Shown: piece after piece, positions 39,222 to 49,347 of the stretch
Numbering within the stretch: the first letter of the stretch is position 1
Layout: the number at the start of each line of letters is the position of its first letter
Source of the DNA: an uncultured Chloroflexia bacterium
Lineage (GTDB): Bacteria > Chloroflexota > Dehalococcoidia > UBA2979
Direction of reading: 5' to 3'
Assembly (NCBI GenBank): GCA_963728205.1
Contig: CAVSIV010000006.1
Coordinates: 96,001-160,000, forward strand
DNA length: 64,000 nt
Translations under genes and position numbers: made by a program
Notes under the pieces: generated by a model
Seen by the model: the letters and a program-made list of their open reading frames with translations, nothing else
What the model was told of the DNA's origin: nothing
Database searches by the model: none

Positions 39222-40135
39222 CCCAGGTACCGGTCCATCTCGGCGGTCATGCGCCAGCCGCCCGCATCCTGAATCAGCGCCGCGGCGCCCGCGTGGGCGA
39301 CGGCATCGAGGCCGCGCTCGAGGTCGACGAGGAGCGTCGTCGCCAGCACGTCGGCGGTCGTGGCGTCGGCGGCGACGACGGTCGCGGTCCGCGCCGCGGC
39401 GATCGCGGGGGCACCGCGATCGGGCGCGATGATGTGGTGCGCCCAGCCTCCGCCGGGCGCGGCGCCCGGGACGGCCCAGCGGCGGTGCAGCGTGGACGAA
39501 GTCGCCACCGCCCCGCCGGCCAGCCACGCGACGAGGCCGTCGCCCACGCCGATCGGCCAGCGGGCGCTCCCGTCGCCGGGCGCGCCGCACGGACCGTCCA
39601 CGCGGATGTCGCCGCCGCCGTCGACGATCGCGGCCGTCGCGCCGGCGCCGCGCAGGTGCGCTGCGACCCGGTCCACCGTCCACCCCTTCACGATGCCGCT
39701 CAGGTCGACGAACCCCTCGCCGCGCAGCCGCACGGTGTCGCGGCGCACGTCGATGGTCGGGCGCCGCGGGTCGCCGGTGGCGCATGAGGACGGCGCGCTC
39801 CCAGCGGCATCCCCGTCCGCGTCGGCGCACGGGGTGAGCGACTCGAACGAGCGGTCGTACCCGGCGGCGATCAGCGCGGCGCCGATCGCCGGGTCGAACG
39901 CGCCGCGGGTGCGGCGATGAAAGCGGAGCGCCTCGCGCACGACGCCGGCGACCACCGGCTCGCGCAGCACACGGTCGCGGTTGAGCGCGCTCAGGGCGGA
40001 GTCGGGGCGAAAGCGCGAGAAGCGTCGCTCCTCGTCGCGCACGATGCGCTCGACGGCGGCGAGCACGCGCGGCGGCGCGCCGTCGGCCGCGACGTACCAG
40101 TCGGTGCCCATCGCACGGAAGGCGCGCTCGTTCAC
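39218..40135 (-). CDS. apbE: FAD:protein FMN transferase
   Basis: FRAMGT, SRFRPDS.L..LN, T.GAFDP, DLSGIVKG, GGDI, ATSS, HHII; no signal peptide evident. Confidence 0.88.
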   Translation of the reverse strand: MNERAFRAMGTDWYVAADGAPPRVLAAVERIVRDEERRFSRFRPDSALSALNRDRVLREPVVAGVVREALRFHRRTRGAFDPAIGAALIAAGYDRSFESLTPCADADGDAAGSAPSSCATGDPRRPTIDVRRDTVRLRGEGFVDLSGIVKGWTVDRVAAHLRGAGATAAIVDGGGDIRVDGPCGAPGDGSARWPIGVGDGLVAWLAGGAVATSSTLHRRWAVPGAAPGGGWAHHIIAPDRGAPAIAAARTATVVAADATTADVLATTLLVDLERGLDAVAHAGAAALIQDAGGWRMTAEMDRYLG

Positions 40136-40689
40136 GACGCCCTCGATCGCCGCACCGGCGCGACGGGCTGAGGCGCGGGCTGTGCGGCCGCCTGCGGCGC
40201 GGCCTGCACGGGCTGCACGGGCTGCACGGGTGCAGCCCGCACGGGCGCGGCCTGCGCGGGCGCGGGCGCGGGCGCCGGGGCAAGCTGCGCCGTGCGCGGT
40301 GCGGCCTGGGCCGTGGCCGGGGCCGAGGCCGGAGCCGCCGTCGGCTGCGCGGTCGGCACGAAGAGCGGCGTCGCCGGCGTCGCCTGCACGAGCGGGGAGC
40401 GCGGAACGAGCGGCGCGCCGACGATCGGCGACGGTACGTCGGCGTTGGCCGCGGCGAAGCGCTGCTGGTCGGCGTGCGCGATGGCGAGCCACGCGGCGGT
40501 GAACGCCGCCGCCGAGGTTGCCGCCACGCTCAGGCGCGACAGCGTCCTGGCGCGATCGCCCTTGCCCCCGCTCGGCCGCGGATTCGCGGCCTTCGCGGTG
40601 GCACGGGCCGGCCGGGCCGGGGACGGGGACGGCGGAGCACCGGCGGGCGACGGCTCGAGCGCGGCCCCGTCGTCGTCCCTAGTCGTCAT
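40132..40689 (-). CDS. Single-TM Pro/Ala/Gln-rich protein ending RRSRAS
   Basis: Hydrophobic segment followed by a low-complexity tether; its stop overlaps the apbE start (GTGA). Confidence 0.75.
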   Translation of the reverse strand: MTTRDDDGAALEPSPAGAPPSPSPARPARATAKAANPRPSGGKGDRARTLSRLSVAATSAAAFTAAWLAIAHADQQRFAAANADVPSPIVGAPLVPRSPLVQATPATPLFVPTAQPTAAPASAPATAQAAPRTAQLAPAPAPAPAQAAPVRAAPVQPVQPVQAAPQAAAQPAPQPVAPVRRSRAS

Positions 40690-41099
40690 CGTGCTCGCGC
40701 TCCTGCCGGGGCGTCGTCGCGCCGGAGGCGCGCTCGTAGCCGTCGTCGCCGCGGTATGCGGGCTGCGCCGGCGCCGGGTTCGGGGCGGCCTGGATCAGGG
40801 CCGGGGCCGAGTCGGCCGGCGCGGCCGGGGGCGGGGGCGACGGCGGTCGCGACCGCCGTCGGCGCGGCCTCCGGCTCGACGGCCGGCTGCGTCTGCTGAT
40901 CCTGTGCGCCGGCGGTCCCCGAGTAGACGGGGAGGACCGGGAGCACGGCCTGCGCGGTGGCCGCGGGCTGACTGGCGCTCACGGGCGTGGTCTTCGCCCC
41001 ACCCGGACCCAGCCCCGCCGTGGATGCGGTGACCGCGACGACCGCCGCCGCCACGAGGGTCCCCGCGACGCCGTACGCGAGAGCGATCGGCTGCTTCAC
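40679..41099 (-). CDS. Single-TM low-complexity protein (apparent frameshift in a G-run near 40826-40837)
   Basis: Removing one base restores APAAPADSAPALIQAAPNPAPAQPAYRGDDGYERASGATTPRQEREHDDD-stop (TAG at 40681-40679); GAAGGGA RBS-like upstream. Confidence 0.65.
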
Positions 41100-41167
41100 G
41101 TTCAGTCCCTTCTCTCCGGCCCGCGAGAGGCCGGCGCTGCCTCGTGTTCCAGCGTCGCTCCATCGGC

Positions 41168-41196
41168 TGTGCTGACCCTGTGAGCCTGATGTGAAC
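41168..41196. promoter_or_regulatory. Three 11-bp-period repeats (OmpR-family-type box)
   Basis: TGTG at 41168, 41179 and 41190 in the divergent intergenic region. Confidence 0.5.
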
Positions 41197-41249
41197 CGTC
41201 AAAGGAACGAGCGGCACCCGGCGTTTGTTCGCCGTACCTTGAGTTTTCG

Positions 41250-41912
41250 ATGCATCTGCTGATCGCGGAGGACGACCGCCGCCTGGCGCGGCTCCTGCAG
41301 CGCGGCCTCGAGTCCGAGGGCCACCGCGTGGATCTCGCCGCCGACGGCGACGAGGCGCTCGCCCTCGCGCTCCAGGGCGGGTTCGACCTCTACGTGCTGG
41401 ACGTGATGATGCCCGGCACCGACGGCTTCGCGGTCGTGCGCGCGCTGCGCGAGCGTCGCGACCCCACGCCCGTGCTGATGCTCACCGCGCGCGGCGAGAT
41501 CGAGGACCGCGTGCGCGGCCTCAACCTCGGCGCCGACGACTACCTGGTGAAGCCCTTCGACTTCGACGAACTGATCGCCCGCGTGCGCGCGCTCGGCCGC
41601 CGTCGCGGCGACGCCGCCGACGCCACGCTCCACGCCGGCCACATCGAGATCGACATGCTCAAGCGCGAGGTGCGCTTCCGCGGCAAGGGCGTGGAGCTGT
41701 CGCCGACCGAGTTCCGGCTGCTCGAGTTCCTCGTGCGCCATGCCGGGCAGCCGCAGTCGCGGCGGCGCATCCTCGCGCACGTCTGGGGCTACACGGACGA
41801 GCCGGACGCCAACGCGGTCGACCTCTACGTGCACTACCTGCGGCGCAAGCTCGGCGACGGCGGCGCGATCCGCACCGTGCGCGGCGTGGGGTACCGCGTG
41901 GACGCGGACTGA
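41250..41912 (+). CDS. OmpR/PhoB family response regulator
   Basis: IAEDD, LDVMMPG, GADDYLVKPF, winged helix IRTVRGVGY. Confidence 0.94.
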   Translation: MHLLIAEDDRRLARLLQRGLESEGHRVDLAADGDEALALALQGGFDLYVLDVMMPGTDGFAVVRALRERRDPTPVLMLTARGEIEDRVRGLNLGADDYLVKPFDFDELIARVRALGRRRGDAADATLHAGHIEIDMLKREVRFRGKGVELSPTEFRLLEFLVRHAGQPQSRRRILAHVWGYTDEPDANAVDLYVHYLRRKLGDGGAIRTVRGVGYRVDAD

Positions 41913-43223
41913 TGTACCGCAACGCACGGCTGCGGCTCGTGACGTGGTACGCGGCGATCTTCATCGCGATCCTCGCGGTGCTCGGGACTGCGGCCTTCCT
42001 GGCGATGCGCCGCGCGCTCGACGCGGAGGCCCGCGCGGGGATCCAGTCGGTGGTGGAGCAGTGGGTGACGTCGCGGCCGCGGCTCGGCGGGCAGGGGCAG
42101 GCGCCGCTCTTCTCCGACGAGAGCGTCTACCACGGCGAGACGGCGGACGTCTTCCTCGTAGCGTTTCGGCCGGACGGCACGATTGTGGCGAACACGCGCA
42201 ACCTCGAGCTGAGCGAGGCGGAGGTCGGCGAGGCGTTTGCCGACGCGCTGAACGGCGAGACGACATGGCTCACCATCGATACGGACCACCAGCTGCTGAC
42301 GGCGCTCGCCGAGCCGTTCCTCGACGACGGTCGCATCGCGGGGGTCGTCATCGCCGGTCGCAGCCTCGCGTCGCACGACCAGGAGCTGCGTCAGCTGCTG
42401 GCGGTGCTCGCGATCAGCGGCGCGGCCGGCGTGCTGCTGTCGCTCGCGGCGGGCTGGGTGCTCGCGGGCCGCGCGCTCGAGCCCCTGCGGCTGGCACACG
42501 AGCGCCAGCGCGCGTTCATCGCCGACACCTCGCACGAGCTGCGCTCGCCGCTCGCGGTGATCCGCACGTCGGCCGACCTGCTCCTGCGCGAGCAGGGGCC
42601 CGACGCGGACGCGCTCGACCGCGAGACGCTGGAGGGCGTGCGCGACGTCGCGGTCGAGGCGTCGCAACTGGTGGAGGAGATGCTCGAGCTCGCGCGGCTG
42701 TCGGAGCCCGCCGGTCGCGGACGGCGACGACGCCGCGTGGCCGGAGGCGGCGGGCGAGGGCGGCGGCGAGGCGGTCGAGGCGGCGCTCGACGCGGAGGTG
42801 CGTGCGGTGGCCGGGCAGCTCGCGCGGCTGCTCGAGGAGCACGGCAGCGCGGTGACGCTCGCGCTGCAGCCGGTGCGGGTGCGTGCGCGGCCGTCGGAGG
42901 TGCGGCGCGTGGTGCGCGCCCTGCTCGAGAACGTGCTGGCGCATACGCCGCGCGGCACGCCGGTGCGCGTCGCGAGCGAGCGGCGCGGCAACCGCGGCGT
43001 CGTCGTGGTCGGCGACGGCGGCGCGGGCGTGCCCGACGCGGAGCTGGCTCGCGTGTTCGAGCGCTTCTCGCAGGTGAACGCGGCGCGCACGCCGGGGCGC
43101 CGCGGCGCGGGGCTCGGGCTCGCGATCGTGCGGGCAATCGCGGAGCGGCGCGGCGGGTCCGCGGCCGCGGACCGCGCGCCCGAGGGTGGCCTGCAGGTAA
43201 CGGTGGCGCTGCCGGTGGCCTGA
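41912..43223 (+). CDS. Sensor histidine kinase (apparent +1 frameshift near 42708)
   Basis: 2 TM and H-box SHELRSPL in one frame; N-box LLENV and G-boxes DGGAG, GAGLGL in the 42798-43223 frame; joined by deleting one C in GAGCCCGCC. Confidence 0.85.
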
Positions 43224-43309
43224 GCGGCGGCAGCCATGCCGCCGGCAGGTGCGCGGCGCCCGCCGCGGACTGCCGTCCGCGTGCCGTCGGCGGCATGTGT
43301 GCCGCCGCT
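43223..43309. repeat. REPIN-like doublet with an internal CGCGGAC/GTCCGCG hairpin
   Basis: Arms at 43223-43243 and 43289-43309; left arm overlaps the kinase stop codon. Confidence 0.85.
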
Positions 43310-43413
43310 GAGGCGGCCCGTTCGTACTGCCCAACGCGGGCCCAACGGCCGCGCCCGGCCGCCGGGACCCGCCTATGATGGGTTTCGCAACGCGTAGCCA
43401 GGAGGCACACCCC

Positions 43414-43986
43414 ATGGGCCTGGTCATCCTCATCATCGTGGTGGCGCTGGCGGCCATCGTCGTCCTCGCCATCATCGCGATGTACAACGGGCTGGTCCGC
43501 CGGCGCGTCCGCGTCGACGAGGCCTGGTCGCAGATCGACGTGCAGCTGAAGCGGCGGCACGACCTCATCCCGAACCTCGTGAACGCCGTCAAGGGCTACA
43601 TGAAGTTCGAGCAGGACACGCTCACCGCGGTCACGAACGCGCGGGCCGCCGCCGTCGCGGCCGGCGCCCAGGGCCCCGCGGCGCAGGCGCAGGCCGAGAA
43701 CGCACTGACCGGCACGCTGCGCTCGCTCTTCGCCGTGGTCGAGAACTACCCGGAGCTGAAGGCGAACCAGAACGTGGCCCAGCTCCAGGAAGAGCTGACC
43801 ACGACCGAGAACCGCATCTCGTTCTCGCGGCAGCACTACAACGCGACCGTGCGCGACTACAACACGTCAATCGCCACGTTCCCGACCTCGATGCTCGCGA
43901 GCCAGTTCGGCTTCGCGAAGCGCGAGTTCTTCGAGGCGGAGCCGGGCGCCGAGGCGGTCCCCGAGGTCAACCTGAACCTCGGCTAA
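43414..43986 (+). CDS. lemA: LemA family protein
   Basis: YNGLV, AWSQIDVQLKRRHDLIPNLV, ENYPELKAN; AGGAGG RBS. Confidence 0.95.
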   Translation: MGLVILIIVVALAAIVVLAIIAMYNGLVRRRVRVDEAWSQIDVQLKRRHDLIPNLVNAVKGYMKFEQDTLTAVTNARAAAVAAGAQGPAAQAQAENALTGTLRSLFAVVENYPELKANQNVAQLQEELTTTENRISFSRQHYNATVRDYNTSIATFPTSMLASQFGFAKREFFEAEPGAEAVPEVNLNLG

Positions 43987-44017
43987 CGGGGGCGCGACGG
44001 GAGCGGGTACCGGGGTC

Positions 44018-45028
44018 GTGGCGGGCGAGACCTTCTTCGCACAGCAGGCGGCGAACCGCCGCATGTCGGTGCTGCTCATGCTCAGCGTCGTGCTGCTGCT
44101 CGCGGCGCTCGGGTTCGCGATCGGCTACGGGCTGACGGCGAACCCGGCGTCGTCGGTCGCGATCACGCTCGGCGCCGTCGTCCTCGGCACGCTCTTCGCG
44201 CTCGGCTCGTACTTCGCCGGCGACCAGGTCGTGCTCGCCGCGTCGCACGCGCGCGCCGTCACCGAGGACGAGGCGCCGGAGCTGTACCACGTGATCGAGG
44301 AGCTCGCGGTCGCGGCCAACCTCCCGATGCCGAAGGTCTACGTCATCGACGACAGCGCGCCGAACGCCTTCGCGACCGGGCGCGACCCGCAGCACGCCTC
44401 CGTGGCGATCACGACGGGGCTGCTCGAGAAGCTCAACCGCGAGGAGCTGCAGGGCGTCTTCGGCCATGAGCTGTCGCACGTGCGCAACTACGACATCCGC
44501 TTCGCGCTGCTCGTCGGCGTGATGGTCGGCGCGATCGCGCTGCTCGCCGACATGTTCCTGCGCTACACGTTCTGGTTCGGCGGCGGCCGCGGGCGGCGCG
44601 GCGGCGGGCGGGACGGCGACGGCGGCGGGAACGCGGGCCAGGCGATCGCGGCGATCCTCGCTGTGCTGCTCGCCATCCTCGCCCCGATCGCCGCGCGGCT
44701 GGTGCAGCTGTCGATCAGCCGCCAGCGCGAGTACCTCGCCGACGCAAGCTCGGTCGAGCTGACGCGCGACCCGGTGGGGCTGGAGCAGGCGCTGCAGAAG
44801 ATCGCGACCGACGACGAGGTGCTCGAGGTCGCGAACCGCGCGACCGCGCACCTCTACATCGTGAACCCGGTGAAGAAGTTCGAGGCGCGATCGCGCGGGC
44901 TGCTCTCGACGCACCCGCCGATCGTCGATCGCATCAACCGGCTGCGCGCGCTGCGGGGCGCGCCGCCGCTGGCCGCGGACAGCGCGGGTCGGCTGGCGGC
45001 GGTGGATCCCGACGCCGGCAACGCCTGA
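44018..45028 (+). CDS. htpX: HtpX-like M48 zinc metalloprotease
   Basis: PNAFATG, HELSH, SRQREYLAD, STHPP. Confidence 0.92.
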   Translation: MAGETFFAQQAANRRMSVLLMLSVVLLLAALGFAIGYGLTANPASSVAITLGAVVLGTLFALGSYFAGDQVVLAASHARAVTEDEAPELYHVIEELAVAANLPMPKVYVIDDSAPNAFATGRDPQHASVAITTGLLEKLNREELQGVFGHELSHVRNYDIRFALLVGVMVGAIALLADMFLRYTFWFGGGRGRRGGGRDGDGGGNAGQAIAAILAVLLAILAPIAARLVQLSISRQREYLADASSVELTRDPVGLEQALQKIATDDEVLEVANRATAHLYIVNPVKKFEARSRGLLSTHPPIVDRINRLRALRGAPPLAADSAGRLAAVDPDAGNA

Positions 45029-45046
45029 TCCGGGCACCCTCGCAGG

Positions 45047-45097
45047 CGCATCGCAACCGCATCGCAACCTGCCGCCTGCGCTTACAACCGTCTTATG
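45047..45097 (+). promoter_or_regulatory. Tandem 11-mer plus an 11-bp-period CTTA repeat upstream of the MacAB-like operon
   Basis: CGCATCGCAAC x2 (45047-45068); CTTAC-N6-CTTAT (45081-45096). Confidence 0.45.
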
Positions 45098-45164
45098 TTC
45101 CCGCACGTACGCTCTCGGGATGCCGGGCGCCCACCCGTCCCGGCGCGGGTGCGGAGGACTCAGC

Positions 45165-47405
45165 GTGGCCGTGAGCGACGACCTCGGGGCGATCATCCAG
45201 GGCGGCGGGTCGCGGCGGCGCGGGCGGTGGATCGTCGCCGGCATCGTGGTCGCCCTCGCCGTGGCGGCGGGAACCTACTGGGCCACGCACCGCACCGCGG
45301 CGGCCACGACGATCCAGCCGCAGCCGGTCGCCGTGACCAGGGGCACGCTCGCGATCACGACCAGCACGACCGGCACCGCGGCCGCGTCGAAGTCCTCGGA
45401 CCTGACGTTCTCGGCCGGCGGCATCGTGACAGCCGTGAACGTCAAGCCCGGGGACACGGTGACGCAGGGCCAGGTGCTCGCGCAACTCGACCCGACCGAC
45501 GCGCAGCGTTCGCTCGCGTCGGCGCAGGCCTCGTTCCAGGCCGCGCAGCTCAAGCTGCAGGCGCTCATCTCGCCGCCCGCGTACGCAAGCGACGTCGCCT
45601 CCGCGAACCAGTCGGTGGCATCCGCGCAGGCGGCGCTGCTCAACGCCCAGAAGACGCTCGCCTCGCTCGAGAACCCGTCCCAGGCCGACATCGACTCGGC
45701 GCACCAGGCGGTGCTCTCCGCCGAGGCATCCCTCTCGACGGCGGAGCAGAACCTCACGGCGCTCCAGAACCCGACCCCGCCCACGGCCGCGGACATCAGC
45801 GCCGCCGACGCCGCCGTCACCAGCGGACAGGTCTCGGTCACGAACGCGCAGAACCAGGTCGCCGGTGCACTGCCCGCGCTCAACAGCGCGTGGAGCAGCT
45901 ACTGCACGATCGTCCGCTCCACCGACTACACGCCCCTCAGCGACGTGTGCGCGTCGAGCCACCTGCCGTTGAGCTCGGCGGTGATCGACAAGCTCAACGC
46001 ATCGATCACGCCGGCGATGAGCCCGACCAGCACGCAGACGACCCGCGTCACCGCACTGATCCAGGCCAACAACGGCTACGTCAGCGCGCTCGGCGGGCAG
46101 ACGACCGCGGAGTCCAACCTCGCCTCCGCACAGCAGAAGCGCGACGCACTCGACCAGCCGGCGACCGCGACGCTCCAGCAGCTCTTCCAGTCCCGGCAGG
46201 CGGTCAACGCCGCACAGCAGGCGCTGGCGGTCGCGCAGCAGAAGGAGCAGATGCTGATCCACCCGAGCGCGTCCGACATCGCGTCGGCGCAGGTGGCGGT
46301 CACGGGCGCACAGGCGGGGCTGGCGTCGGCCGAGGCGCGCGCGGCGCAGACGAAGGCTGGCACCGACCCGAACACTGTCGCGCAGCAGCAGATCGCGGTG
46401 CAGCTGGCGCAGCAGCAGGTCGACACCGCCCGGGAGGCGCTCGACGGGCTCACGCTCACGGCGCCGTACGACGGGACCGTCGGCTCGGTCGCGATCCAGG
46501 CGGGTCAGCGCGTCGCGGCGAGTGCCGCGACGATCAACGTCACCGACCCGAACGCCATCGTCGTGAACCTGACGGTGTCGGAGACCGACCTGCCGAGCAT
46601 CAAGACCGGCGAGCTCGGCTTCGCCACCTTCGACGCGCTGCCGAGCGAGCGGTTCATCGTCCGCGTCGACTCGGTGAGCCTCGTCCCGACGACCGCGCAG
46701 GGCGTCGTGACCTACCCGGTGCAGGCCGAGATCCTGCAGGGGCAGGCGCTCGCGGGTGTGGCCGCGCAGCTGCGGAGCCTCGCGGGCGCGCTCGGCGGCG
46801 GCACCGCGCGCGCCGGGTTCGCGGGGCGGGCCGGCGCGAGCGCCGACGCCACGCCCGGCGCGAGGGCCGGCGGCGGCAAGGGGGCCGGCGCGGGCGTGCG
46901 GGCGCGCGCCACGGCCGCGGCCGGCGCCGCGGGCACGCCGGGCGCAGGCCGCCGCGGCGTTGCGGGCGGTGCAACCGCCGGGGCCGGGGCCGGGGCCGGC
47001 GGCGCCGCGGCCGGCGGTCTCGCCGCCGCGCTCCAGGACGAGGCCATGCCCGCCCCGGGCATGAGCGGCACGATCACGCTCCTCACCCGGGAGAAGACCG
47101 ACGTCCTGCTCGTGCCGTCCTCGGCCGTCCACACGCAGGGCCGCACCTCGTTCGTCTACGTGCCCAACGCCGACGGCACGCCGAAGGAACAGGACGTCGT
47201 GACCGGCGACTCCAACGGCACGCAGGTCGAGATCGCGTCCGGACTGAACGAGGGCGACACGGTCCTGCTGAACGTCACCGTGCCGAGCGCCGCGGCGGCG
47301 ACGACGACGGGCGGCGACACCGCGCCGGGCGGCGGGTTCGGCGGCTTCGGCGGAGGCGGTGGCGCCGGCGGCGGGCGCGGCGGCGCGACGGGCGGCCTGC
47401 GGTGA
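45165..47405 (+). CDS. HlyD/MacA-like membrane fusion adaptor with a very long helical hairpin
   Basis: N-terminal TM, V.VKPGD.V.QGQVLA.LD and L.APYDG.V lipoyl halves, GVVTYPV, VEI.SGL.EGD.V, Gly-rich tail. Confidence 0.88.
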   Translation: MAVSDDLGAIIQGGGSRRRGRWIVAGIVVALAVAAGTYWATHRTAAATTIQPQPVAVTRGTLAITTSTTGTAAASKSSDLTFSAGGIVTAVNVKPGDTVTQGQVLAQLDPTDAQRSLASAQASFQAAQLKLQALISPPAYASDVASANQSVASAQAALLNAQKTLASLENPSQADIDSAHQAVLSAEASLSTAEQNLTALQNPTPPTAADISAADAAVTSGQVSVTNAQNQVAGALPALNSAWSSYCTIVRSTDYTPLSDVCASSHLPLSSAVIDKLNASITPAMSPTSTQTTRVTALIQANNGYVSALGGQTTAESNLASAQQKRDALDQPATATLQQLFQSRQAVNAAQQALAVAQQKEQMLIHPSASDIASAQVAVTGAQAGLASAEARAAQTKAGTDPNTVAQQQIAVQLAQQQVDTAREALDGLTLTAPYDGTVGSVAIQAGQRVAASAATINVTDPNAIVVNLTVSETDLPSIKTGELGFATFDALPSERFIVRVDSVSLVPTTAQGVVTYPVQAEILQGQALAGVAAQLRSLAGALGGGTARAGFAGRAGASADATPGARAGGGKGAGAGVRARATAAAGAAGTPGAGRRGVAGGATAGAGAGAGGAAAGGLAAALQDEAMPAPGMSGTITLLTREKTDVLLVPSSAVHTQGRTSFVYVPNADGTPKEQDVVTGDSNGTQVEIASGLNEGDTVLLNVTVPSAAAATTTGGDTAPGGGFGGFGGGGGAGGGRGGATGGLR

Positions 47406-48097
47406 TCCGCCTCGACCACGTGACGAAGAGCTACGTCACGGAAGCCGACACGGTCCACGCGCTGCGCGACGTCAACCTGGAGATCGCGTCGGGCGAGTTC
47501 GTCGCGATCATGGGTCCGTCGGGCTCCGGCAAGAGCACGATGATGAACATCCTCGGCTGCCTCGACCGGCCCTCGACCGGCGACTACTGGCTCGACGGCC
47601 ACGAGGTCGGCCGCCTCCCCGACACCGCTCGCGCCCGCCTGCGCGGCGGCGCCTTCGGCTTCGTCTTCCAGTCCTACAACCTGCTCCCACGCATGTCGGC
47701 GCTCGAGCAGGTGGAGCTACCGCTGATCTACCGGCGCACCCCCAACCGCCGGCGCCTGGCCCTGGAGGCGCTCGCGCGCGTCGGCCTCGCCGATCGTGCC
47801 CACCACCCCCCCACGCAGCTCTCCGGCGGCCAGCAGCAGCGCGTCGCCATCGCACGCTCCCTCGTCGTGAACCCGCGCGTGATCATGGCCGACGAGCCGA
47901 CGGGCGCCCTGGATACGAAGACCGGGGACGAGGTGATGGCGCTGCTCACCGACCTCGTCGAGCAGCAGGGGATCACCGTGATCCTCGTCACGCACGAGCA
48001 GTCGGTGGCCGAATACGCGCGTCGCACGCTGCGCATGCTCGACGGCGAGATCGTCGACGACACGGCGCCGCGCACCCTGCGGGCGGTGACGGGATGA
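47402..48097 (+). CDS. MacB-like ABC ATP-binding protein
   Basis: [35 protein letters not shown]. Confidence 0.94.
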   Translation: MIRLDHVTKSYVTEADTVHALRDVNLEIASGEFVAIMGPSGSGKSTMMNILGCLDRPSTGDYWLDGHEVGRLPDTARARLRGGAFGFVFQSYNLLPRMSALEQVELPLIYRRTPNRRRLALEALARVGLADRAHHPPTQLSGGQQQRVAIARSLVVNPRVIMADEPTGALDTKTGDEVMALLTDLVEQQGITVILVTHEQSVAEYARRTLRMLDGEIVDDTAPRTLRAVTG

Positions 48098-49347
48098 GCC
48101 TCGTCGACAGCCTGCGCATCGCCTTCCGTGCGATCGCCGCGAACCGCCTGCGCAGCGCGCTGACCGCGCTGGGCCTGATCATCGGCGTGAGCTCGGTGAT
48201 CGTGCTGATCGCCGTCGGGCAGGGCGCACAGAAGGGCGTCACCGACAAGATCCGCGGCCTGGGCACGAACCTGATCTTCGTGCAGCCGGGCCGCGCCACG
48301 GCGCAGCGGTCCGGCGGCGGCGCACGTGCCGAGGCCGCATCGCTCACCCTCGAGGACGCCACCGCCATCGGCGATGCCGGCATTCCGGGCGTCACGGGGG
48401 TCGATGGGGAGCTCAGTATCGGCGCGCAGGCGATCGTCGGCGGGCAGAACACGAACGCGACGCTGATTGGGACGACCGACAGCTACATCGACGTCCGCGG
48501 CGGCACCGTGGCGTCGGGCAATTTCCTCACGCCGACGGACGTCAGCACGAAGGCGCTCACCGCCGTCATCGGCTCGACGGTCGCGACCGACCTCTTCCCG
48601 GGCCAGGACCCGCTCGGGCAGTTCGTGCGCATCGCGCTGGCCGGGGGGCGCATCACGTTCAACTTCCGCGTCGTGGGCGTGATGGCGCCACGCGGCGGCA
48701 CCGGCCAGGAAGACACCTACATCTTCATCCCGGTCACGAGCGTGCTGGGCCGCATCGGCTTCATCCGCAACTCGTCGGGCCAGACGCCCGTCCGCCAGAT
48801 CGACATCAAGACGACGTCGAACGCGAGCCAGGACCTGGTGAAGCAGGCGGTCTCCGACCTGCTGATGCAGCGGCACGCCGTCGGCACGCCGGACTTCGTG
48901 ATCCAGAGCCAGAACGACCTGATCGGCGCGGCGTCGCAGGTCAGCACGACGCTGTCGATCCTGCTGGGCAGCATCGCCGGCATCTCGCTCATCGTCGGCG
49001 GCATCGGCGTGATGAACATCATGCTCGTGTCGGTAACGGAGCGAACGCGCGAGATCGGCATCCGGCGCGCGGTGGGTGCGCAGGCGAACGACATCGTGAA
49101 GCAATTCGTGACCGAGGCGCTCACGCTCTGCCTCGTCGGGGGGCTGGTCGGCGTCACGCTCGGCGTCGGCGGGGCGCTGCTGGTGAACAACCGCACGATC
49201 GCCGGCGCCGCCATGACGACGGTCGTGCAGCCGTGGAGCATCGTCGTCGCGTTCGCCGTCGCGGGCGGCGTCGGGCTGGTGAGCGGCAGCTATCCCGCGT
49301 ACCGGGCGACGGCGGTCGACCCGATCACCGCGCTGCGCAACGAGTAG
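48094..49347 (+). CDS. MacB-like ABC permease
   Basis: [45 protein letters not shown]. Confidence 0.94.
   Translation: MSLVDSLRIAFRAIAANRLRSALTALGLIIGVSSVIVLIAVGQGAQKGVTDKIRGLGTNLIFVQPGRATAQRSGGGARAEAASLTLEDATAIGDAGIPGVTGVDGELSIGAQAIVGGQNTNATLIGTTDSYIDVRGGTVASGNFLTPTDVSTKALTAVIGSTVATDLFPGQDPLGQFVRIALAGGRITFNFRVVGVMAPRGGTGQEDTYIFIPVTSVLGRIGFIRNSSGQTPVRQIDIKTTSNASQDLVKQAVSDLLMQRHAVGTPDFVIQSQNDLIGAASQVSTTLSILLGSIAGISLIVGGIGVMNIMLVSVTERTREIGIRRAVGAQANDIVKQFVTEALTLCLVGGLVGVTLGVGGALLVNNRTIAGAAMTTVVQPWSIVVAFAVAGGVGLVSGSYPAYRATAVDPITALRNE

Noticed and set aside
40204-40230. CTGCACGGG x3 tandem repeat
   Set aside because: It simply encodes PVQ repeats in a low-complexity linker.
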